A stretch of 64,000 nt of DNA from Macrostomum lignano (lineage: Eukaryota). A model generated the notes under the pieces. The model did no database searches and was not told where the DNA came from. It worked only from the letters and a program-made list of their open reading frames with translations. The stretch lies in assembly GCA_002269645.1 (NCBI GenBank), contig NIVC01001620.1, positions 186,001-250,000 on the forward strand, given 5' to 3'. Below, one piece after another: positions 10,361 through 22,961 of the stretch (the stretch's first letter is position 1; each line of letters starts with the position of its first letter). The position numbers were made by a program, and so were the translations under genes.

Positions 10361-10491
10361 CTGAGGCCATGGACTGTCAGAGACTGTGATTGAAATGTAT
10401 TTTACTGTCTGCGTTCCTCTTTTTACTCTACATTTCGCTAGCTGCGTTTCACTCTCATTTTTTTTATTCCCTGTCGCTATGCTCCTTTTGT

Positions 10492-10502
10492 GGGGAGAGA
10501 AA
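10492..10502 (+). promoter_or_regulatory. Polypurine tract
   Basis: GGGGAGAGAAA lies immediately 5' of the 3' LTR. Confidence 0.85.
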
Positions 10503-10727
10503 TGTAATATTTTATTCCTTGCCTTAGAGGCAGTCTAAACTGTTAGCAATCGTGACAAATAATTAGCTGAATCATCGTATTCATCGTATATCATCGTAAA
10601 CCAATTGATTTAATGTACGTTCGCTCTCTATGTACATCGCAGGCTTAACTTCAACTTGCATAAATAAAGCGATCACGGCCTCACGGGGCCTTCGTGTTTT
10701 TGGTGCTGCCAAATACCGCGTGTTACA
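10503..10727 (+). repeat. 3' LTR (225 bp)
   Basis: Copy of 268-467 with an extra 25 bp at 10580-10604 and AATAAA at 10663-10668. Confidence 0.97.
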
Positions 10728-10751
10728 TCAGTATTAGCAGTTAGGCTGCAT

Positions 10752-11963
10752 TGTCACTGCACCAGTAAGCTGAGCCAGTCTTGATTGTCACTGCACCAGT
10801 AAGCTGAGCCGTTCTTAATTGTCACTGTCATCAATAAGCCAGCCTTGATTGTCACCAATAAGCCAGTCTTGATTGTCACCAATAAGCCAGTCTTGATTGT
10901 CACCAATAAGCCAGTCTTGATTGTCACCAATAAGCCTGTCTTGATTGTCATTAATAAGCCTGTCTTGATTGTCACCAATAAGCTGTCTTGATTGTCACCA
11001 ATAAGCCAGCCTTGATTGTCACCAATAAGCCAGCCTTGATTGTCACCAATAAGCCAGCCTTGATTGTCACCAATAAGCCAGCCTTGATTGTCACCAATAA
11101 GCTGTCTTGATTGTCACCAATAAGCCAGTCTTGATTGTCACCAATAAGCCAGCCTTGATTGTCACCAATAAGCCTGTCTTGATTGTCACCAATAAGCCTG
11201 TCTTGATTGTCACCAATAAGCTGTCTTGATTGTCACCAATAAGCCAGCCTTGATTGTCACCAATAAGCCAGCCTTGATTGTCACCAATAAGCCTGTCTTG
11301 ATTGTCACCAATAAGCCAGTCTTGATTGTCACCAATAAGCCTGTCTTGATTGTCACCAATAAGCCAGTCTTGATTGTCACCAATAAGCCAGCCTTGATTG
11401 TCACCAATAAGCCTGCTTTGATTGCCACCAATAAGCCAGCCTTGATTGTCACCAATAAGCCAGCCTTGATTGCCACCAATAAGCCAGTCTTGATTGTCAC
11501 CAATAAGCCAGCCTTGATTGTCACCAATAAGCCAGTCTTGATTGTCACCAATAAGCCAGCCTTGATTGTCACCAATAAGCCAGTCTTGATTGTCACCAAT
11601 AAGCCAGTCTTGATTGTCACCAATAAGCCAGCCTTGATTGTCACCAATAAGCCAGCCTTGATTGTCACCAATAAGCCAGCCTTGATTGTCACCAATAAGC
11701 CAGCCTTGATTGTCACCAATAAGCCAGCCTTGATTGTCACCAATAAGCCTGTCTTGATTGTCACCAATAAGCCAGCCTTGATTGTCACCAATAAGCCAGC
11801 CTTGATTGTCACCAATAAGCCTGTCTTGATTGTCACCAATAAGCCAGCCTTGATTGTCACCAATAAGCCAGCCTTGATTGTCACCAATAAGCCAGCCTTG
11901 ATTGTCACCAATAAGCCAGCCTTGATTGTCACCAATAAGCCAGTCTTGATTGTCACCAATAAG
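10752..11963. repeat. 24-bp minisatellite (TTGATTGTCACCAATAAGCCAGYC)n
   Basis: About 50 tandem copies, read directly. Confidence 0.95.
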
Positions 11964-12973
11964 CCGTGCTTTGGCGTTGATAAAAATCTACACCGAGAGA
12001 ATCATAATCTTTGCAAAGCATGCCCGTACAAGTCACGGGTTATTCGTACAGGGGTGTGTTAAAGTGCTGGTAAAACTTCATTTGGGGTGCGGCTTTAGTA
12101 CGTCGCTCGTATGCACGCAAAGCATACTCTAGCAACGTCTTAACTACATGTGGATTTCTACCTGAGGCACTGTGCAATCAGCCTGTTTTAGTGTATTGAG
12201 ATTCCGATCTAAGCACTCTGCGTTACAGAATGTTGCCAATTTCTTATTAAATTGCTCGTATACAAGTACGAGTACTGTGCATTAACCGGGACTTGTACAT
12301 TTTATGTTGACTGCATGTGTAGCGCGTTTGCGCTGACTTTTTGGCTGTCCGGGCCGCAGTTCGCCGCCACTATACAATCGGAAATGGGCTGGATTTCTCT
12401 CTCTCTCTCTGTTTTTCAAGCTTTTAACGCCTGCCTACTGACTTGTTATAGATATTCTCCTCTCTCTCTCTCTCTCTTATCTTTTCTCTCCGCACCCCTC
12501 TGCTGAGTGAAGCAGTTCGCACGCAGCCGTCACCGCGCCTGTCTTCAGGCTGCACAGCAATAGACCAGTTATTATATAGTTGCTAAACAGATTGGAATTG
12601 ATTGCAGGACCGCACCAAGCAGAGGCGTGCGCGCGCGCCCCGCCCCACACATTTTCTCTCTGTGTCCCCCACCTCCCCGTCCCATGCAATTTTGTTTTGT
12701 TATCTAACAAACGGTTTTAACTGCTAAAAGACGCGGCGTTTATTTCAGATTAAAAACTCTGCCGCCTACAGCCAGCGTGGTTGCTTGCGTCTCGCGGAGT
12801 TCTTATAGCTTAGCTTTTTAACTTTACTAAGCCCGCAACAGTTGGACTTGGTACTCTCCTCTCCTCTCTGTTTAGCAGCAGTCCTGCCAGCGCGAGCCGA
12901 GCCCCTGCACCACGCTTTAATAATAACGATTCCGCATTTTGACCGTTGGAGTTTGATCCACAAGCAGACCCTG

Positions 12974-15900
12974 ATGGACACGTTTCAGTATGATACGGTC
13001 CACAGGCCGCCAGCAGGTAAGCGCGCATTTCTCTCCTCCTCCTCCGCCTCCTCCCCTTTTTATTGCGAAGCATAAATATCGGTCTTGAAGCCTTGAAAGA
13101 AATGCTGTCTTAGGCTAGCTATGGACGGAGACAATAAACTCTTTGTTGGCTTACCACTGATTCAATTGCAGTGTCATTCGCTGCTTCTGGCATCGGGGTG
13201 CAGCAGCAGCAGCAGCAGCAGCTTCATGCTAACAGCTACACAACAATCGGAATGCCGCCAGTTCCCATGGATCAACAGCAGCAGCAGCAGCAGCAGCAGA
13301 TGGACACCCAGATGTCGGACAGTCAGCAGCAGCTCTGCGGCATCTGCAGCGACCGCGCCACCGGCAAGCATTACGGCGCCTACTCTTGCGACGGCTGCAA
13401 GGGCTTCTTCCGCCGGTCGGTTAGGAAAAGCCATCAGTACATCTGCCGGTTCAATAGGAACTGCACGGTTGATAGGGACAAGCGGAACCAGTGCCGCTAC
13501 TGCAGGCTGGACAAGTGCTTCAGGGCCGGCATGAGAAAGGAGGGTAAGCGCAGTAGTTCGTGTACTTGTAAAATGCCTTTCTACTGTATTGGTCTCTACA
13601 ATATTTGCTACATTGTCTGGTACAGGAGGCGTACGGCAGTGCATTTTGTATTGTGGCCTGACTTCGTGCGAATAGGAGACCCCTATAGCCAAGTGCTTAA
13701 TCAGTGCTATGATACTGGAAGAGCTTACTGAAGACAAGTGCTTAATCAGTGCTATGATACTGGAAGAGCTTACTGAAGACAAGTGCTTAATCAGTGCTAT
13801 GATACTGGAAGAGCTTACTGAAGACAAGTGCTTAATCAGTGCTATGATACTGGAAGAGCTTACTGAAGACAATTGAGGCTTTGTGAAATGAAGACTGACA
13901 AATCATTAGAAACTCCGTTTCAATACAAAGTTTCTGAGTAAGGGTTGTTTAACTCGCTATTCGTTTGATCTTACTCGCTTGTGCTTTTTATCTAATGCAC
14001 TATCGGATTCAAAAAGATAAAAAGAGTAACTTCTGCTTCTTAGATTGCTGCCTATCATTGCTTGCAATCTAAGTTTTGAGGACTCTTTTAGTTTACTGAA
14101 TTGTTTTGTTAAGTGGCAAGAAATCGGGCTGTTCAGAAGCAACCAAGGGGACTTGGAGTTCTAAAGGGATCTGGACGGGAAATAGAAGGGGTTCTAGAAT
14201 AGGGGAACTGGGGTTCAATCCAATCGGATTTGAAATCTAGTCTAGTCTGCCGTAGTTCTAATATAGTCTTAGTCTAGTTCTAATCTAGTCTAGTTTTTAA
14301 TCTAGTCTAGTCTAGTCTAGTCTAGGCTAGTTCTAATCTAGTCCAGCATTGTCTACAGACTGGATTTGACTGGAAATTCCGACTGCAAAGAGCCTGCAGG
14401 AAAACTTCCTACGGGAAATTCTCGTGCTCCCGCTTGGGAGGTCGGAAAGGTCGATGAACTTTAAAAGATTACTATTTTTCTATTACTATTACATTAAAGG
14501 AGTCCATAACTTTCACTATCGCTAAACACTACCTTAGCCGTTCAAAACGAACGCGACAAGATCAGCTTCCGTAAGACGTCCTCCTACGATGACGGAGTTG
14601 CCGGAGGCGGCGGCGGCGGCGCCGCAGCTTCCGCCAACGCGGTTCCCTCCTCGGGAGGAGCGCTGAAAGCCGAGGTCCAGGAGTCGGTCGCCGCCGCCCC
14701 AGCCGCCTCGGCGCCGCTGCAGACAGCTTCCCAGCAGCAGCCGGACTTCAGCCTGAGCCGCATCGTGTCCGCCGAGGACCGGCACCAGCAGCGGCAGCTG
14801 CAGACCCAGCAGTCGGCCGCGGCAGTTCAAGTCGGTCGCCAGCAGGTCAGGAGCGAAGCCTCGGTCGCAACCATCTGCGACTCGATGCAGCACCAGCTGC
14901 TGCTGCTGGTGGAGTGGGCCAAATCGTTTCCCGCCTTTATCGAGCTCAACGTTGAGGAGCAGGTCGCCCTGCTGAGGGCGCACGCTGGCGAACTGCTCAT
15001 CCTGGGTGTCACCTACAGATCCCGAGCTGAGACCGCTATGCTCATCCTTGGCAACTCGTTCCGCGTCAGTAGCAACAACCCGGACCTATCCATGGCCCAG
15101 GTTGCCGGCCGGGTTATCAACGAACTGGTGTCCCAATTCCGCGAGCTGGGGATCGACTTCACCGAGTACGCCTGCCTCAAGGCTGTGGTCTTCTTTGACC
15201 CCGGTGAGCAGAGTAGATCCCGCCTCTATCCTAATCCCGCTTCCCGCCTCTATCCTAATCCCGCTTCCCGCCTCTATCCTAATCCCGCTTCCCGCCTCTA
15301 TCCTAATCCCGCTTCCCGCCTCTATCCTAATCCCGCTTCCCTCCTCTATCCTAATCCCGCTTCCCGCCTCTATCCTAATCCCGCTTCCCTCCTCTATCCT
15401 AATCCCGCTTCCCGCCTCTATCCTAATCCCGCTTCCCGCCTCTATCAAAATCCCGCTTCCCTCCTCTATCCTAATCCCGCTTTCCACCCTTCCTGTCCCG
15501 CAGACGCGGTGCACCTGCCGCCCAGCGTGTCAACCCGAGTCCGTCGATGGCGACACTCGGTGCTGCAGCGAATGCAGGACTATATGAGCACCCAGCAGTA
15601 CCGAAGCCGCAGCCGTTTCGGCGAACTGCTGCTGCTGCTGCCCAAGCTGCAGTCAATCAATCATGAAATGATCCGCAAGGTCTACCGGACCAAGGTGGAG
15701 GGTCTCGCCCAGATCGACACCCTGCTGCAGGAGCTGCTTCTAGGAGGTGAGGCTGGATGCGGAGTCTGACTGTCTTGTGAGACATCAGCTTTGAAGTCTT
15801 ATGCTTGATAGTTGATGGTGTGAATGAATTGGTAACTGTCTGTGTGAATGAATTGGTAACTGTCTGTGTGAATTAATTGGTGACTATCTGTGTGAATGCA

Positions 15901-17800
15901 TTAGTGAATGTCTGTGTGAATGCATTTGTGAATGTCTGTGTGAATGCATTTGTGAATGTCTGTGTGAATGCATTTGTGAATATCTGTGTAAATGAATTTG
16001 TGAATGTCTGTGTGAATGCATTTGTGAATGTCTGTGTGAATGCATTTGTGAATGTCTGTGTGAATGCATTTGTGAATGTCTGTGTGAATGCATTGGTGAC
16101 TATCTGTGTGAATGCATTTGTGAATATCTGTGTAAATGAATTTGTGAATGTCTGTGTGAATGCATTGGTGACTATCTGTGTGAATGCATTTGTGAATATC
16201 TGTGTAAATGAATTTGTGAATGTCTGTGTGAATGCATTTGTGAATGTCTGTGTGAATGCATTTGTGAATGTCTGTGTAAATGCATTTTTGAATGTCTGTG
16301 TGAATGCATTTGTGAATGTCTGCATAAAGTCTCGTGCCTTAAAATTTTATAAACGAGTTATTTAAAGATTCCGCACTCATACTTTAACACAGTTATTTAG
16401 TACAACACAAATTGTAATGGTTGCAATCAGACTTACTTTGCTTTAGCAAAACTTTGTTCGCGTGGCTGCGAGTGCGCCAGTACCCGGCGCTCCATCAAAG
16501 TGGCTTCTCCAGAGTCTGGGAAAGTCTGCTTGGGCCTTGATTATTATTCAGTCACTTCTCTTGACTTAGCGCAGCAACCGCTCGCGTTCACTTGGCTTCT
16601 GTGCGCGAGTACTTTGCTGTGTCTATTAGCTACTGACTTTACTACTGCTAGTAGGGAGCGCTACGGCTGTGTCTATTAGCTACTGACTTTACTACTGCTA
16701 GTAGGGAGCGCTACGGCTGTGTCTATTAGCTACTGACTTTACTACTGCTAGTAGGGAGCGCTACGGCTGTGTCTATTAGCGACTGACTTTACTACTGCTA
16801 GTAGGGAGCGCTACGGCTGTGTCTATTAGCTACTGACTTTACTACTGCTAGTAGGGAGCGCTACGGCTGTGTCTATTAGCGACTGACTTTACTACTGCTA
16901 GTAGGGAGCGCTACGGCTGTGTCTATTAGCTACTGACTTTACTACTGCTAGTAGGGAGCGCTACGGCTGTGTCTATTAGCGACTGACTTTACTACTGCTA
17001 GTAGGGAGCGCTACAGCTGTGTCTATTAGCGACTGACTTTACTACTGCTAGTAGGGAGCGCTACGGCTGTGTCTATTAGCGACTGACTTTACTACTGCTA
17101 GTAGGGAGCGCTACGGCTGTCTATTAGCGACTGACTTTACTACTGCTAGTAGGGAGTGCTACGGCTGTGTCTATTAGCGACTGACTTTACTACTGCTAGT
17201 AGGGAGCGCTACAGCTGTGTCTATTAGCTACTGACTTTACTACTGCTAGTAGGGAGGAAAGGTTTGACTGCCATCTTTACATCTGTTGATGAACTCTTTG
17301 GCCCCACGGACCCCTGGTTCGATTCTGTGCGCGGTCGCAGCCATGATAGCCGACCCCCAGGGCACAGAGTGTACGACATGCCTGACGATTAGAAAGTCAG
17401 GGCCGCTGCACTCCCTGTGTGAGCGTGTGCATGAGTGCGTGAGTACGTGCTCAGGAGTCTGTGGAATGGGCAGAGTTGCCTTTACGGTGGTTGTTGTTGT
17501 AGTTTACGAGCTACTAAAGTTTTCCAGTGGGTTGCCATCCCCCCTCGCACCCCGCAGACAACGCAGCGACCTCAGAAGCGGCCCAGCAGCCCATGGCTTC
17601 CTCCGGCGGCCAAATCAATGCTTCTAACACTGCTGATGACGGCTTCGATGACTCTGACATCATGGCCCAGATGGAAGCGCAGGGGGTAATTCCCCAGCAC
17701 TACCAGAACGGGACTGTTCAGGACACCTACGGAGGTCATTACGGTGTGTCAGTCATTACCGGATGTGCTAGCTAACTAACTGACTAACTAAGTAACTAAG

Positions 17801-17852
<52 letters not shown>

Positions 17853-17853
17853 G

Positions 17854-17889
<36 letters not shown>

Positions 17890-17940
17890 GACTAACTAAC
17901 TAACTAACCTAAACTAACTGACTATCTAACTAACTAACTG

Positions 17941-17998
<58 letters not shown>

Positions 17999-17999
17999 G

Positions 18000-18034
<35 letters not shown>

Positions 18035-18035
18035 G

Positions 18036-18075
<40 letters not shown>

Positions 18076-18126
18076 GACTAACTAACTAACTAACCTAAAC
18101 TAACTGACTATCTAACTAACTAACTG

Positions 18127-18176
<50 letters not shown>

Positions 18177-18177
18177 G

Positions 18178-18225
<48 letters not shown>

Positions 18226-18270
18226 GACTAACTAACTGACTAACTAACTGATTAACTAACTAACTAACTG

Positions 18271-18317
<47 letters not shown>

Positions 18318-18754
18318 GACTGACTAACTATCTAAAAACAGACATAAAATAAACAAATAAATAACTCCCCCGCATCTAACAGCAGCAGCCCAGCACGAGT
18401 TCTACCTGAACTATGGCGACAATGGCGGGCGTGCTAGCGTGAGCCAGGCCGCAACCAGCTCACATCAGTACGGCGGCGCGGACTCAATCGGTGAGACTTA
18501 TTCAATTTCGAGTAGATATCGAGTCAAGTTCGATCAGCAAACCCTGATTTGGCTTCAAATATTTTCCTTCATCTTTCCTCCGCCTCTTTGCAGCCATGCC
18601 AGTTCCGGCATCAGCGGCGGCCGCTGCAGCTGCGGCGGCGGCGGCGGCGGCAGCGGTGGCGGCGGCAGCGTCCGGGGCCTCATCAACGGCGGCGGCATTC
18701 GACAGCGGCGGTGGATTTCGCGGCGGCTACTCAGTGTACAAGCAGGAGCCCTGA
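12974..18754 (+). CDS. HNF4: Hepatocyte nuclear factor 4 (NR2A) nuclear receptor, 7 coding exons, about 592 aa
   Basis: Exons 12974-13016, 13172-13543, 14538-15203, 15504-15746, 17558-17743, 18383-18490, 18594-18754 total 1779 nt, all GT-AG and in frame. [34 protein letters not shown] has the DGCKG P-box. Hinge [23 protein letters not shown]...LLRAHAGE...[12 protein letters not shown]...[10 protein letters not shown]...LLQELLLG. Ends KQEP. Exons 1 and 5-7 are less certain. Confidence 0.93.
13690..13870. repeat. 45-bp tandem repeat (about 4 copies) in HNF4 intron 2
   Basis: CAAGTGCTTAATCAGTGCTATGATACTGGAAGAGCTTACTGAAGA repeated. Confidence 0.9.
15219..15483. repeat. 24-bp minisatellite filling HNF4 intron 3
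   Basis: (CGCCTCTATCCTAATCCCGCTTCC)n, about 11 copies, between donor 15204 and acceptor 15503. Confidence 0.93.
15824..16325. repeat. 24-bp minisatellite (GTGAATGTCTGTGTGAATGCATTT)n in HNF4 intron 4
   Basis: Tandem periodicity read directly. Confidence 0.93.
16616..17254. repeat. 50-bp minisatellite (about 13 copies) in HNF4 intron 4
   Basis: GCTGTGTCTATTAGCTACTGACTTTACTACTGCTAGTAGGGAGCGCTACG repeated. Confidence 0.93.
17771..18333. repeat. (CTAA)n microsatellite in HNF4 intron 5
   Basis: Tetranucleotide array with CTGA and CTAACCTAAA variants. Confidence 0.95.
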
Positions 18755-18899
18755 CTAGCGAGAGGGCGGGGAATTCCTGCTGTCACAGGTGTGCAGGACT
18801 CTGCTGGTAGCTGCTTGCGTACTTTGTAGACTTTAGCTCTTAGATTGCAGTCTTTGTTATTTTATCGCTGCTGAAATTTCCATGCTTGCATGTGCTCTT

Positions 18900-19460
18900 C
18901 TTGTAATGCTCGATTCCATGAATTTTCCGAATTTCCTGAATTTCCTGAATGTGTCCGAATTTCCAGAATTTCTCGAATGTACTGAATTTCCTTAATTTTT
19001 TAAATTTCCTTTCCAATTTCATGGATTTCCTGAATGTTCCGAATTTCCTGAATTTCCCGATTTCTTGAATTTCCTGGGTTTCCTGAATTTTCAGAAATTT
19101 CCGGCTCTTCTTCCCAATTTTCTGACCTGAATTTCCCAATTTTCTGAAATTTCCCGAATTTCCTGAATTTCCAATTTATTTTCAATTTCCTGAATTTCCC
19201 GATTTGCTGAATTTGCTGAATTTTCTGAGTTTACTTCCCAATTTTCTGAATTTCGTGAAATTCGTGAATTTTCAAATTTTCTGAATTTTCTAAATCTCCC
19301 AATTTCCTGAATTTCCCAATTTTCTGAAATTTCTCTTGCATTTCCCAAATTTCCCGATTTCCGAATTCCCCAAATTCAGTCTGTCTTCATTTTCCTGATA
19401 ATCTGAACTTCCTGAATTACCAAATTTACATAACATCCTGATTTTTCTGAATTTTCCAAT
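18900..19460. repeat. Degenerate (TTCCTGAAT)-type low-complexity repeat
   Basis: Recurring TTTCCTGAAT/TTTCCCAAT motifs. Confidence 0.8.
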
Positions 19461-19799
19461 AGAAAATTTTCTAAAGTCTCTTTTAGATTTCTTTATTTCT
19501 TAAAACAAAGGACAGTTCACTCATTTCTTCAACTATAACTGCCTGCATTAAAACTGCGGACTAACCCGAGTTGCAGAATCGTCTCGAAAATGAACTTACG
19601 AAGCAAGGGGTTTGCCAGATCTTAGCGGCCTGTTCTGGTCCAGACTGCCTGATTTGAGTGACTCTGGAGTACCAATTTGTTTCTGATTTTTATTTTTAAC
19701 ATTTGTAATTAAACTTGCAATATCTCTATGAAAGTCCGCTTGGCTTGAACGAATTACCATTGAACTGCTTGCCGTTATCTCTGTACCTGCATGTATGTA

Positions 19800-20205
19800 T
19801 CTCTGCCACCCTCTGCCACCCTCTCTGCCACCCTCTACCACCCTCTCTGCCACCCTCTACCACCCTCTCTGCCACCCTCTGCCACCCTCTGCCACCCTCT
19901 GCCACCCTCTGCCTCCCTCTGCCACCCTCTGCCACCCTCTGCCTCCCTCTGCCACCCTCTTCCACCCTCTGCCACCCTCTGCCTCCCTCTGCCACCCTCT
20001 GCCACCCTCTGCCTCCCTCTGCCTCCCTCTGCCACCCTCTGCCTCCCTCTGCCACCCTCTGCCTCCCTCTGCCACCCTCTGCCTCCCTCTGCCACCCTCT
20101 GCCTCCCTCTGCCACCCTCTGCCTCCCTCTGCCACCCTCTGCCTCCCTCTGCCACCCTCTGCCTCCCTCTGGCACCCTTTGCCACCCTCTGCCACCCTCT
20201 CTGCC
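19800..20205. repeat. 10-bp minisatellite (CTCTGCCACC/CTCTGCCTCC)n
   Basis: Tandem periodicity read directly. Confidence 0.93.
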
Positions 20206-20774
20206 TTCATAGTTTCCAATATCCCACATGCGTGCCATTTCCTACGAGTACATTACGCTTGCACGAGTACTATTAGTAGTAAAAACCAATATAACTCTGC
20301 CAAATTTTAAAGCCAATAAAGGCTGGCCGTTGCATCAACATTTTGCCAAAAATCTTTAAATCACTGATAACAATTTCGAATTCTGTTGTTGTTGATTTTA
20401 GTTTTTTTCCTACAGGAAAAATGCTTATTCCCTGCATAAGTATCCCGTGAAATATGATATTGAAACTCTGGTAATTTGATCATCTCAACTATCACTCAAC
20501 GATTGCCTTCTTGGACTTCCGTTGGGTCATCGATTCACAGACTTGATTTAAGTGCGTCCGAGATACAGAAATCAGTAATTTAATTAGTGCTATTACATAA
20601 TCGTATATGCCTTTGCGCTGCGATAGAGGCACAATCAATCTCAAGAGTTTGAAATCATAAAAAAACTTTAGTATGCATGCACTCGTCCTGCACTGGTGAA
20701 CGGCAAAATGGAAAAATCGGCCTCCAAAAATATTTCCACTAATCACGAGTTTAGCGTCCTTATATACTTCCAGT

Positions 20775-22272
20775 GGTCCTTGGCTTACGTTCTGATTGCT
20801 ACTAGTGGTCCTTGGCTCACGTCTTGATATACTGCTAGTGGTCCTTGGCTCACGTCTTGATATACTGCTAGTGGTCCTTGGCTCAAGTGCTGATATATAC
20901 TGCTAGTGGTCCTTGGCTCAAGTGCTGATATATACTGCTAGTGGTCCTTGGCTCAAGTGCTGATATATACTGCTAGTGGTCCTTGGCTCAAGTGCTGATA
21001 TATACTGCTAGTGGTCCTTGGCTCACGTCTTGATATACTGCTAGTGGTCCTTGGCTCACGTCTTGATATACTGCTAGTGGTCCTTGGCTCAAGTGCTGAT
21101 ATATACTGCTAGTGGTCCTTGGCTCAAGTGCTGATATATACTGCTAGTGGTCCTTGGCTCAAGTGCTGATATATACTGCTAGTGGTCCTTGGCTCAAGTG
21201 CTGATATATACTGCTAGTGGTCCTTGGCTCAAGTGCTGATATATACTGCTAGTGGTCCTTGGCTCAAGTGCTGATATATACTGCTAGTGGTCCTTGGCTC
21301 AAGTGCTGATATATACTGCTAGTGGTCCTTGGCTCAAGTGCTGATATATACTACTAGTGGTCCTTGGCTCAAGTGCTGATATATACTGCTAGTGGTCCTT
21401 GGCTCAAGTGCTGATATATACTGCTAGTGGTCCTTGGCTCAAGTGCTGATATATACTGCTAGTGGTCCTTGGCTCAAGTGCTGATATATACTGCTAGTGG
21501 TCCTTGGCTCAAGTGCTGATATATACTGCTAGTGGTCCTTGGCTCAAGTGCTGATATATACTGCTAGTGGTCCTTGGCTCAAGTGCTGATATATACTGCT
21601 AGTGGTCCTTGGCTCAAGTGCTGATATATACTGCTAGTGGTCCTTGGCTCAAGTGCTGATATATACTGCTAGTGGTCCTTGGCTCAAGTGCTGATATATA
21701 CTGCTAGTGGTCCTTGGCTCAAGTGCTGATATATACTACTAGTGGTCCTTGGCTCAAGTGCTGATATATACTGCTAGTGGTCCTTGGCTCAAGTGCTGAT
21801 ATATACTGCTAGTGGTCCTTGGCTCAAGTGCTGATATATACTGCTAGTGGTCCTTGGCTCAAGTGCTGATATATACTGCTAGTGGTCCTTGGCTCAAGTG
21901 CTGATATATACTGCTAGTGGTCCTTGGCTCAAGTGCTGATATATACTGCTAGTGGTCCTTGGCTCAAGTGCTGATATATACTGCTAGTGGTCCTTGGCTC
22001 AAGTGCTGATATATACTGCTAGTGGTCCTTGGCTCAAGTGCTGATATATACTACTAGTGGTCCTTGGCTCAAGTGCTGATATATACTGCTAGTGGTCCTT
22101 GGCTCAAGTGCTGATATATACTGCTAGTGGTCCTTGGCCCAAGTCTCGATATACTGCTAGTGGTCCTTGGCTCAAGTCTCCATATACTGCTAGTGGTCCT
22201 TGGCTCAAGTCTCCATATACTGCTAGTGGTCCTTGGCTCAAGTCTCCATATACTGCTAGTGGTCCTTGGCTC
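20775..22272. repeat. 35-bp minisatellite (TATATACTGCTAGTGGTCCTTGGCTCAAGTGCTGA)n
   Basis: About 43 near-identical copies; shorter variants at the edges. Confidence 0.95.
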
Positions 22273-22961
22273 ATCAAAGGAGGCGATCGCAGCCCCGTTG
22301 AACTCAAACGGCTGGCACCAACTGTCAAGTGAAGTCAGCGAAGGTCACCAAACTCGTATTTAGTTTAAATATTAGTCAGTAAAACGCAGTTTAAACTGTT
22401 TATTTGTTTTATTAACATAAGCCATTAACATTTTTTCCAAACAGGAATAATCTTGCAAAATTCAGTGCATTGCGCAGTTGTTCACACCTTGACTTAATTA
22501 CTCGGATCAATTAACTATCATTAGTAATAAAAATAGTTAGAGAGCTCAACAATTTACAATTAAGGCCTCTCTGGAAATCAGTCAGTCAGATTTTATATTG
22601 CTGCAGCCGCAGCGGGTAAAATAAAAAATAAAGAGGCTTTGAAAACTAAAATCACTCACACAAAAAAGCAGAGAAGGCACAACAAAAGAGCTTTGGTAAA
22701 ACTGCCGAGAAAAAAACCAATTGAGCCAAAAAACACGAAGTGTTGTTCTCGCGTTTTTATTTATCTGCGATTTTTCTTAATTTCAGCGATAGAAAATTTG
22801 ACTGAAGAGAGAAAGAGTACAAAAATATTCGAGTTTTTAGTGCACTGTTTTCATAGAGAGAGAGAGAAGTTTTGAGACAACATTACTGTTAGGAGACAAT
22901 GCCTTAGAAAGTAGACACAGAAAGCCAAGAGTCTCTGGGTTGTCGGTCTCGAACTCCCGGC

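Larger units (their letters stand above)
268..10727 (+). mobile_element. Full-length Ty3/Gypsy LTR retrotransposon, with a nested non-LTR insertion in gag
   Basis: Direct-repeat LTRs at 268-467 and 10503-10727 (TGTAA...TTACA ends). 4-bp TSD TCAG at 264-267 and 10728-10731. PBS and PPT present. Gag has a CCHC knuckle and pol has the PR-RT-RH-IN order. Confidence 0.97.

Noticed and set aside
11210-12062. Repeat-encoded ORFs (VTIKAGLL / IVTNKPAL)
   Set aside because: Translations of a 24-bp minisatellite, open on both strands.
20492-20746. 84-aa minus-strand ORF as a transposase remnant
   Set aside because: No recognisable motif, termini or splice support.
10752-22272. Regular repeat arrays as CRISPR loci
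   Set aside because: Units are head-to-tail with no unique spacers, no cas genes are present, and the context is eukaryotic and intron-containing.
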